This document shows, piece after piece, positions 1 through 10,700 of a stretch of 58,303 nucleotides of DNA. The notes under the pieces were generated by a model. It was not told where the DNA came from and searched no databases. It saw nothing but the letters and a program-made list of their open reading frames with translations. Source of the DNA: Candidatus Staskawiczbacteria bacterium RIFCSPHIGHO2_02_FULL_42_22 (GTDB lineage: Bacteria; Patescibacteriota; Minisyncoccia; Minisyncoccales; Staskawiczbacteraceae); the NCBI GenBank assembly GCA_001820175.1, contig MHOT01000018.1:15401-73703 (forward strand). The letters are read 5' to 3'. A program made the translations under genes and the position numbers. How positions within the stretch are numbered: the first letter of the stretch is position 1; each line of letters begins with the position of its first letter.

Positions 1-19
1 GGGCGACGCGGCGATACCC

Positions 20-1477
20 TTATGCCTCCTTCAATAATTCCTTTTTCCGTAACTTTTTATGATAGGTAATGGCAAAGCGGTGTGCCTCATCATCAAGGTG
101 TACAATGAGGTTGTATACTTCTTGGGAAAGATTTTTTAAGGGGATATGTATTTTTTGATTTTCTATTAAAAGTTCTCGTTTTCCTTTTGCCATAGAAATT
201 ATTTTTATATTTTTAATATCTCGTACAAATCCGACGGCCGTCTGATTTGTACGAGTATTATTTTTCGCAGTTATCCCAACATTTAATTGTGCAATACCGC
301 CGTCAATAAGCATAATTTCCGGATACCCCCATTCAGGGTGCAGGAGGCGCCGCGTTAACACTTCTTTCAACATAGCAATATCATTGGGTCTGTTTTCCGT
401 TCTGATACGGAACTTTTTGTACTGACTCTTATCGGGTTTACCGCCAATAAATACGACCATGCTACCCACGGCTTGCTTGCCCTGGATGTTTGAAATATCA
501 TAGCACTCTATTTTTGAAATAGGGGTTTTAACTTGTAATAATTCCCGCAGTTTTTTTTCAGTTTTTTGCCAATACATATTTTTCCACAAATTTCCACGAT
601 CGTGGAAATTTGTGGAAAATGGATTTTTTGCTTCAGGGCTGTTTTCTATGACATTGGCGTGAGCCATGATGTTTTCCAGGGCCAATATTCTGTTTCGCAC
701 ATTTGCCGCCCCTTCGAATTTTTTTTCATCTGAAAGTTTTTGCATTTCTCTTTTTAGTGCGCGCAAAACCGTCTTTCTCTTTCCCTGTAAAATTAATATT
801 AGTTTTTTAATATTTTTTTTGTATGCCTGAATGTCCGAGTTCGGTCCGGGGCAAAGACCTAAATGGCACCAGGTACAATTTTTTTTCGAATGTCTGGGGC
901 TCGTATAAAATGGAAATATTTTGCGCAAATATTTTAAGGTTTTTTTCAAAGAAGTTCCATCCACAAATGGCCCAATATATTTTATTTTTTTCTCGTCATT
1001 GCGAGCCGCCCGCAGGCGGCGCGGCAATCTAGTTTTTAAAGAGATTGCTTCGCTGATGCTCGCAATGACGGAAAGTGTTCTTGGTTGATGAGTAATAAAA
1101 ATATACGGAAATATTTCCGCGTTGTTCTGCGTTAATTTCCGCGTAAGTCCGCGGCCGGAGGCGATCGCCACGTAAAAATAATGTTTGTCATCGCGCCACA
1201 CCGAATTAAATTTTGGTTGGTATTTTTTGATGAGTCGCGCTTCCAGTAGCAAGGCCTCAATTTCGGAATTTGTTGAAAGGAAGCGTATATTGGTAATTTT
1301 TTTTATAAAAAATGCGTCTTTATGGGTCGGCTGGAGAAAATGATTTTTAACCCGTTCTTTAATATTAATGGCCTTGCCGATATATACAATTTCTTTATTT
1401 TTACAAAACAAATACACTCCCGTCGTCACGGGAAGTCGATCGATATTTTTTCGAAGCAACACATTTTCTTTATCCAT
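20..1477 (-). CDS. uvrC: Excinuclease ABC subunit C-like (GIY-YIG + RNase H-like domain), with in-frame palindromic insertions
   Basis: GVYLF..IVYIGKAINIKERV (GIY-YIG), EALLLEARLIKKYQPKFN, IECYDISNIQG..VGSMVVF, LIDGG..Q, DEAHRFAITYH. Start placed at ATG 1477 (MDKENVLL); the longer ORF start lies in a repeat. No C-terminal HhH domain visible. Confidence 0.93.
   Translation of the reverse strand: MDKENVLLRKNIDRLPVTTGVYLFCKNKEIVYIGKAINIKERVKNHFLQPTHKDAFFIKKITNIRFLSTNSEIEALLLEARLIKKYQPKFNSVWRDDKHYFYVAIASGRGLTRKLTQNNAEIFPYIFITHQPRTLSVIASISEAISLKTRLPRRLRAARNDEKKIKYIGPFVDGTSLKKTLKYLRKIFPFYTSPRHSKKNCTWCHLGLCPGPNSDIQAYKKNIKKLILILQGKRKTVLRALKREMQKLSDEKKFEGAANVRNRILALENIMAHANVIENSPEAKNPFSTNFHDRGNLWKNMYWQKTEKKLRELLQVKTPISKIECYDISNIQGKQAVGSMVVFIGGKPDKSQYKKFRIRTENRPNDIAMLKEVLTRRLLHPEWGYPEIMLIDGGIAQLNVGITAKNNTRTNQTAVGFVRDIKNIKIISMAKGKRELLIENQKIHIPLKNLSQEVYNLIVHLDDEAHRFAITYHKKLRKKELLKEA
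580..619. repeat. 40-bp perfect palindrome TTTTCCACAAATTTCCACGATCGTGGAAATTTGTGGAAAA inside uvrC
   Basis: Exact self-complementary sequence; identical core at 16349-16390 and 17037-17078. Confidence 0.95.
994..1070. repeat. Family D REP-like palindrome (CGTCATTGCGAG...GCAATCT...AGATTGC...CTCGCAATGACG), in frame in uvrC
   Basis: 12-bp terminal inverted repeat plus internal stems; many relatives in the window. Confidence 0.92.
1113..1153. repeat. Family G (CGCGGAA-unit) half element in frame in uvrC
   Basis: Reverse complement matches 36962-37002 (CGCGGAAATTAACGCAGAAC); encodes RGLTRKLTQNNAEI. Confidence 0.8.
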
Positions 1478-1523
1478 TATGTTACCTTTAACACTAAATA
1501 AGATTTTTTCAATAGCTACGATT

Positions 1524-1673
1524 GTAACCCCCCTCCGCCTCATGCACCCACCCGTCGTCATTGCGAGGAGTCCCGACCGCAGTCGGGACGACGTGGCAAT
1601 CTAAATAAGAGTGACGATGGGATTGCTTCGGGCCTGCGGGCCCTCGCAATGACGGTGGAGGTGTGAGGGGTCA
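1524..1673. repeat. Family D palindrome with outer TAACCCC...GGTGTGAGGGG shell, between divergent uvrC and the giant gene
   Basis: GTCATTGCGAGG...CCTCGCAATGAC with internal hairpins; shell shared with 43639, 46370, ~53400 and 58255 copies. Confidence 0.9.
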
Positions 1674-1712
1674 TGTTTTATCCACAGCCAATCGTATATA
1701 TTTCCCCATTAA

Positions 1713-4700
1713 TTGTGTGGTACAATAAACAGAATTACTACTCGTAACGTTATTTTTTTAATGAAACGTAAACCAGTAACTCATTCCTTTGCTATACCTA
1801 TTAAACAGGCGAAAAAAGAGGCGCCGGTTTTTGTGAACGTGAGGATCATTGATAAGGATCGGTGGTTTTCCATCCGATCTTTTTTACGTTTCTTTGCCCG
1901 GGCAAAAAATTGGTATTGCAAACGGTTTGTTGGCTCTTTGTTGCCGTCATTGCGCGCGGCGGCGGCCGCCGCGCGGGTTGGACTTACTGTTTACAATCGT
2001 TTAAACGAGATTGCCACGGCGGCGCGCCCGCGGGCGCGCCGCCTCGCAATGACGTGTGGCAAAACGTTGCATTTGATGTACTTACACGCGTTAAAAAGAA
2101 TTTTCCCTTCCCGCCGCCTCTCCCTGCGCCAGTGGGTTGCCCTGGTACTCTTATTTGTTTCCTGCGCGACGGTTTCCGGTAATTTGCTTTTTTCGCGTGT
2201 CCAACGCTACGTGCTCGAAGGTAAAATAATTAAACAGGTGGCAACGGTGCAAACCGCTCCGGTGGTGGCCCATTTGCCCGTGCCATACACAACGCTGGTC
2301 AACCGCACCGCCATTACCAAAGACCGGTATTTAGTGGCCCTTCCCAAAGGGGCGACTAACATTACCGTCAAGCGAATTAGCCAGAAGGAAGCTCAAAAAA
2401 TTACCTCTTCAAATAATGAATTTTTAAGTGGCCAGCTAACTCTTTTAGAACGTCAGCAATTGGCGAGCGCCAACAGAAAAATTACCAGCGGTTCCCCCCT
2501 TAGCTTTATTAACTTCGGTCTTTTCGTTTCCGACGGATTAAGCGCCATGGTTGGCAGGTTTGCCAATATTTTTGCCAAAAAATTAATTGCCGCGGAAGCC
2601 AGCGCCAGCGAGGAAGCAGTTGTCCAAGAGCCGGCGCCCGAGGCGCCGGCTCCAGAAAGCGTAGCCCCCGAGCCGTCTGTCCCGGAATCTTCAGCCCCTG
2701 AACCAGTCGCACCCGAGGCGCCGCTCGTCGAAGTTCCCGTTCTGGACGAGGTCGGACCTCGTACAGCTTCCGAACTTCCCGATCCCATTGAATCGGAAAC
2801 AATTCCCGAAGTCCCGGAAAGCGAAACAATCCCCGCTGAATCCGCATCCGCCGACACCTCCACCAGCGACGATCCAACCGAATCCATCACCCCAGAAATA
2901 ATCGAAACTCCGGATGCTATTCTGGTTGATCTTTCAGAAGAAGGCCTTGATGAAAATATGCCTGACGAAACCGAAGCGCCAGCCACGGAAAACCGTGGAG
3001 GCCCGACGTCCACGGTTTCACAAGAACCTGTGTCATTTGCGCCATCAGGCGACCCCGTCTTTGAAAGTGCCGGACAGGTGCTGGGCGAATCAATTTCAAG
3101 TGCCGAGGCAATCCAAACCGTCTCTTCTTCTGACCAGCCGGTGGTTTCAAGTAATGAGATTGTCCCGATGCCAGAGCCATCAGGGATCCTCGATGAAGTC
3201 GGGACTTCGCCTTCGCCTCTGGACTCGGCTCGCAATGACGAGAGTGAGATTGCTTCGGATGCGCCTCGCAATGACGAAAGCAACGAAAGCGCGCCTGATC
3301 AAAACACAACAGACGATTCGTTATTGCCAGAAGCAGCGCAGAGTGACGAAGAGGAATTTATCCAAATTGATTACGAACTTCCCGCGCCGCAAATTACCGA
3401 GCAAGATACCGCCACTGGAAAGGAAGTAACGGTGTTTGCCGAAAACGAAGATCCAAAAAATCCTCTCACCAATGTATTGGCTTTCACTACCATACCGGAA
3501 ATTTTCAACGTGGGGCAGGAAAGTAAAATCCAAATAAAATGGGTTAATAATGACGGCCAAATAATGCCCTTTACCGCTCACGATACCGACCAAAATGGAA
3601 AACTGGATTACCTGGAATGGACTGTGCCGCATTTGTCCGAGCAAACTTTTAATATTATTTTCATTTCCAAGGCCTTCCAACTGGACCAGGATAAAAATAT
3701 TATTGCCGATATTTATGACCAGGTTTCGTTTCAAGACAATAACTATGCAACTATTGAAAACAATCAATACGTCCGAGTCACTTTTGAAATTCCCTTTACC
3801 AGCCAGAATAATATTAAATTATACGCAAAATCGGATACCATCGGCGCCATCGAAGTATATCCGGTGTACACTGATGCCGAAGGTAATCTGACCGAGGGGG
3901 ATATTATTGCCACTTCAGGCAATATTACCAATGAAGGATTTCATGAAATTTTGCTCACGAATTTGCAAACGCCAACGGAGGTTTTTGATTTGAAAATTAC
4001 GGGCGTCGCGCCGCCTGCGGGCGGCGCAGAGAGCGGCGCGACCCAAGCAATCTCCATCGACTACATCGTCTATGCCGATTTTGATTATAGTCCTAACAAA
4101 ATTCTCACCCCCACGGGCTATAAAAATATTTCAGAACTTAACATTGGTGACGAAATCATCGGTTACGAAAACGGCCAGCAAGTGGTCAATCAGGTGGAAA
4201 ACATAGAACAACGCAGACCAGAGGACTACCATTATTGGGAAAAAGATGAACAAGGAAATGAAACTAATTATACAGAAGTCCCTTTTACGTACTATTTAAT
4301 TAACGAGACATGGGAACTGTTTAAGGATCAATCCATTTTTACCAAAGATCGTTTGGTTCACGCTTCGGAACTAAATGTCGGTGACATCATCTACGATGCC
4401 AATCACCAGCCAATAAAAATTACCAGCATCCGTAATGGAGAAGATCACATCCAGTGGACTCGCTTTACGGTTTCGGGTAACCATACCTATATTGCCGATG
4501 GACTGTTAATGCACAACGCCAGCCGGTATTGGGTTGCATTGATAGATCCGTCAAACGTAAGTGAGGGTGGTTGGGGTAGCGATGCTCCGACGGGCGGCAG
4601 TTGCATGAGCCTTGTAGCCAGTGTTCCCGGCTCAAGCGATGTTGCTATATTTGATGCCGATTGTGATACATCCGCTAACATTGATGCCAACTGGAGTTTG

Positions 4701-7700
4701 GCCGGTTTTAGTATGGAAAGCGGGTACACCGGCACCGTCACCCAAAACACTACCATTACTTTGACGGTTGGCTCCAGTAATTATTCTCAATTGGGAGGAA
4801 CGTTTACCGTGGGTGATGCCGCCATTGACATTAACGGAAGTTTCACCCTTTCCAACGCCGGCACCGCTTTCACCAGCACCAGCGCCACCATGACTATTTC
4901 GGGAAGTTTAACCACTTCCAGCTCGCCGACGTTTACCCACAATTCGGGGACGGTGACCTTTGATGGAACTTCAACATCAAGCACTAGCGTTGATGCCTCT
5001 AGTGTTACGTTTAATGCAGTCACTATTAACAGGACAATTTCTACTGGTAGTTTTGCTCCGACTTTTACTGTAACCAGTAATACTACAATTCCCTTGGGCA
5101 ATTCTCCCACGCTTACATTAAATAATAGTGATACTGTTAATGGTGCCTACTATTTGACTAACAATGGTACTATTACCGTAGGAACCGGGACTTTTACCTC
5201 AACTGTAGATGGAGGTATTACTAATTCTGGGGGATCGACCATCTCCGGAAGCGTTACTTCTTGGACTCAGAACGGAAACATCACTAATAATGGAACCATT
5301 ACTCTGAGTAGTTTAGCTACCCTAGATGTTAATTCACAAACAAATGCCGCTGGAATTGCCTCAATTGGCTCGTTTACTAACGGTGCTAGTGATACCCTAA
5401 CTACTGCTTCTAGTCCCACTCTTACTATCAATGGGAGTTTAACCGTTGATAGCACCTCTACCTTTCCTACCAATGCCACCGTCACCTTTGATGGAGCCAT
5501 CGGTGCAAGTAGTACTGTCGATGCCTCAGGAGTTACCTTTACCTCGGTAACCATTAATCGTACTATCGCTACTGGCAGTTTGGCTCCCACTTTTACTGTA
5601 GCCAATGGTACTACCCTTCCCCTCGGTAACTCTCCAACTCTTACATTAAATAATACCGACACGGTAAATGGTCAGTATTACTTAACTAACAATGGTACCA
5701 TCACCGTAGGAACTGGAACTTTCACTTCAAATGTGGACGGGGGTATTACCAACTCTGTCACAACAGGAGTCATTTCAGGAAGCGTTACCGCCTGGACCCA
5801 AAATGGAAATATGACCAACAACGGCACGATTACCATGAGTAGCTTAGCCACGCTTGATGTTAATTCGGCTACCGGAACTGGTATCATTGGGTCGTTTACC
5901 AGTGGCTCCGCCTCGACATTAACCACCGCTGCCAGCCCCACAATGACTTTTAATGGGAGTTTGACGGTTACTTCTGGGGCCACCTTTCCCACCAATCCCA
6001 CCGTAACCTTTGACGGAGCCATTACTGCAAGTAGTACTGTTAATGCCTCAGGAGTTACCTTTGCCTCGGTAACTATTAACCGTAGCATTAGCAATGGTTC
6101 AGTTACCCCAACTTTCACGGTTACCTCTGGTACTACTTTGCCGTTAGGCAATTCTCCCACGCTTACATTGAATAACGCCGATACCGTAAATGGTCAGTAT
6201 TACTTAACTAACAATGGTACCATCACCGTAGGAACTGGAACTTTCACTTCAAATGTGGACGGGGGTATTACCAACTCTGTCACAACAGGAGTCATTTCAG
6301 GAAGCGTTACCGCCTGGACCCAAAATGGAAATATGACCAACAACGGCACGATTACCATGAGTAGCTTAGCCACGCTTGATGTTAATTCGGCTACCGGAAC
6401 TGGTATCATAGGATCCTTTACTGCCGGCGCAAGTTCTACCCTTACTACCGCCGCTACTCCTACGATGACTTTTAATGGGAGTTTAACGGTTACTTCTGGG
6501 GCTGTGTTTCCGGCCAGTTCAGCGGTTACTTTTGATGGCAGTACCACCAGTGGCACTTTAACTTGTGGAGGTGTGACGCTTGGCAGTTTTACGGTCAATA
6601 AAACCAGTTCGGGAACCGTTACGGTCGGTGATGATTGTACTATTTCCGGAGCCCTTACCCGAACCGATGGAGCCATTAACAATCCCGCCGCTGCCAAGGT
6701 TTGGACGGTGCAGGGAGCATTCAGCATGTCCACTACCGACACCTTTGGAGGCGCCAATCTTACCTTAACCATGGGCGGAAGCAGTGCCCAGACTATTACC
6801 CAAAACGCCGGCACGATGTCAGGCGTATTTAAAGTAGACAAAACCGGCAGCAACGCCGCCTCGCTTTCCACGAATTTTACCACCGGCACCACTTGCAATG
6901 TGGTGGAAGGGGCATTTGCTATTACCAATAAAACATTTACCTGTGGTTCGACTTTTACCGTGGAAGATGGTGGTACTTTTCAGCGCGCTGGTAGCGAAAC
7001 TACAACGGCGCCAACTCTAAACTCTGGTTCAACGGTTACCTACGTTGGGGATGGCGACGCCGCCACTGACACCATTACCATTACCGGCTCAAATACTGAT
7101 TATCATCATCTTATCCTTAACGCCACCGACGGCGCTTCAGATACTTTCCAGCTTGGAGCCGGCATTACCGTTGCCGGTAATTTTACCAATACGGCAGGTA
7201 CCTTTAATGCTAACACGCAAACGGTCACGTTGGACGGCACTGACCAGACCCTTGCAGGCAGTACTACCTTTGCCGCTTTAGTAAAACAGGAAACCACTAA
7301 CGATGCTACCAACAAAACGTTAACTTTTACTTCGGGAACTACAACGACCATTAGCAGCACCCTCATCTTAGATGGATTAGATGCCGACGATAACCTCATC
7401 ATCGCCGCTTCCGCCGCTAGTGCCGCCACCATTGACTTTACCGGATCCTCAACGTTTTCAACCACCGGCTACCTGACGGTTTCCTACAACACCGCCACCG
7501 ATAATTCAAGCGGGGTTTCGCTTCCCTTAAGCCCCGCCAATTCCACCGATTCGGGCAATACCACTGGCTGGTTTGCTCCCACGTATTCCATCGGCGGCAC
7601 CGTCTACACTGACGAAGGTGTTACCAATATAGGATCTTTAAAAACTGTGGCGATCTCTATCAACGGTGCGGCCGCAGCCGGCACCGACGACACCGATGCC

Positions 7701-10700
7701 AGCGGAGTATACTCCATCACCGGTCTTACCATCTCTGCCAACGACGTGCTCACTCTATATATAGACGGCGAAACCGAAAAGGGAGTAACGGTAACATTGG
7801 CCTCCGGGAGCGATCAAACCAGTGTTCATATTTTCCAAAACTATTTAATCACCCGTTGTGATAATGCCTGTTCGCTCACCAATACTAATTTAGACACTGG
7901 CGATAATAATGCTGATACCGATATTTCGGCAATTTATTCTGTTGTAAGTGACGATGACGGCGATCCCCTCACCATCGCCGCCGGCAAATCATTATACATT
8001 CCTGTTAGCCACACCTTCGCCCCGGGAGGTACGGTATCAGTTGGCGGCAACTTCTCCAACAACGGCACTTTCACCCACGGTTCTTCTACGGTAACTCTAA
8101 CCTCCACCTCCGCCAGCGCCACCTTAAAAACCAATGCTTCATCGTTGTATAATCTGACCCAAGACGGTTCTGAAGGCACTTACACCCTGCAGGATGCTTT
8201 AACGGTATCAAATAATCTAACCATTACCGCAGGAACTTTGGATACCAAGTCGGGCTCTAATTATGGCATTACCATCGGTAATAATTTTTTCAACGGCGGC
8301 ACCTTTACCGCTCAATCCGGCACCGTTACTTTCAATGCCACCGCCACTGGAAAAACCATCACTGATGCGGGAGGGGGGGCGCCCTTCTATAATTTAACTT
8401 TCAATGGCGTGGGAGGAGGGTGGACACTAGGAAATAATACAACAGTTAGCAATGTTTTAACCATTACGAATGGTACGTTAGCGCTAGGATTTAATATTAC
8501 CCTCACCTTATCCGGCACCACAGGTGCTCCCTTTTCGAATTCAGGCACCTTCACCGCGGGTACCAGTAGTGTCACTTATACTGGCAACAATACCGGAGGC
8601 AATACAACGATTGCCAATGTGACCTACAGCACCCTTCGGGTAAATAACGGAAGCGAAACCTACGTACTGGCCGGCGACACCACCGTCAATGCCAACCTTA
8701 CCATTTCGGCGGGAACGCTGGACGCGGTTGCCGGAAGTAATTACTCGTTGACCGTCGGCAATAACTATTCCAATGCAGGCACCTTTGCCGCACAGGAGGG
8801 TACCGTCACTTTCACCGCCACTGCTACAGGAAAAACCATTACTACTGGTGGTTCATCTTTTTACAATCTCACTTTCAATGGAGTAGGCGGCGGCTGGACT
8901 TTGCAAGATGCCGCCACGGTTTCAAATGTATTAACCATCACTAACGGAACCCTGGATGGGGGATCAGTTAATCTTACCCTTTCCGGGACCACCGGCACTC
9001 CCTTTACCAGTGCAGGTACCTTTACTGCCAACACCGGCACCGTTTTTTATACGGGCAACAACGCCGGCGGCAACACCACCATCGCCAATGTTACCTACTA
9101 CAATTTAGGTCCTGATAATGCCAGTGAAACGTTTGTTTTGGCGGGTAATACAACCGTTAACAATATTTTCGTGATGACTGCAAGCACCACTCTTGACGTC
9201 GTCAGCGGCCAGAATTATTCACTAAGTGTTGGTGGTAACTGGAATAACGCTGGTATTTTCACCGCCCGAAGCGGCACTGTCACTTTAACCTCCACCTCCG
9301 CCGGCGCCACACTCACTTCAGGCGGCTCCAGTTTTTACAACCTCACTCAAAACGGCTCGGGAGGAACGTATACGTTACAAGATGCCCTCGCCACCACCAA
9401 TAATTTGACCATCACCGCCGGAACTTTGGACACCAAGTCCGGCTCCGATTTTGGAGTAAGTATCGGTAATAATTATTCCAACTCCGGCACATTCACTCCT
9501 CGCTCCGGCACCGTCACCCTCACCGCCACCGCCACCGGCAAAACCATCACCTCGGGAACCGGGGGTTTCTACAACCTCACCTTCAATGGTTCCGGCGGCG
9601 GCTGGACTTTGCAAGATGCGACAACCGTCAGCAACGTATTAACGATTACCGCCGGCACCCTGGACGCCGGCTCTCAGACCCTCACGCTTTCCGGCACCAC
9701 CGGAACCCCCTTTAGCATTGCAGGCACTTTTACCGAATCCACCTCAACCGTAAGTTTTACCGGCAACAATGCTGGTGGTAATACCACCATTCCCGCCGAC
9801 ACCTACTATAACCTAACCGTCAATAATGCTTCGGAGGCCTATACTCTGGCAGGAGACATTACCGTCAGCCGCGTACTTACGGTCACCGCCGGCACCCTTG
9901 TTAGTACTTCGAAAACCATCACGCTTTCCGGCACCACCGGCACGCCATTTTCTGTTTCAGGCAGCTACAGCGTAACCACGGGAACCGTCACCTACACCGG
10001 CAACAATTCCATCGGCAACACCATCGTCGCCAATGTTATCTACAATAACTTGACGCTCAATAATGCATCGGAGACATTTGACTTGGCCGGAAATACCACT
10101 GTCGCCGCCAACCTCACCATCACCGCCGGAACCTTGGACGCGGTTTCGGGAAGCAACTATACATTAAATGTCGCCGGTAACTGGTCAAACTCCGGAACCT
10201 TTACCGCCCAAAATGGCACCGTCACCTTGGACGGCACCAATCAGTCAATCACCGGCACCACCACGTTTTACAATCTCTCCAAAACAGAAGGATTAAATGA
10301 CAGCACCGACGAAACCCTTACGTTCACGGCCTCCACCACCTATACCGTCAGCAACACATTAACCCTCGACGGCCGCGATGCCAACGACCGCATCAATATC
10401 GTTTCCAGTGCTGGGGGAACCAAGTTTACCCTAGACCTAACGGGCGCCGCCCAAACCGCCGACTTCCTCGATGTCATTGATTCCCAGACCTCAACCAACA
10501 ATAATACTTGCACCAGTTGTGTAAATTCGGGCAACACCGACAGCGCCGAGTCCGCCCCTCACTGGGTGTTTTCAGCGGGAACGGTCACCTGGACCGGCAC
10601 CACCTCAACGGTTTGGTCAACCGGTACCAATTGGGATTCGGGCTCAGCACCCAACGACACCGATAACGTGGTGATTGCCGATGTTACCAATGACCCCATT

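Noticed and set aside
1478-1561. N-terminal extension of UvrC (MTTGG...)
   Set aside because: It begins inside the family D repeat; ATG 1477 fits the usual domain start.
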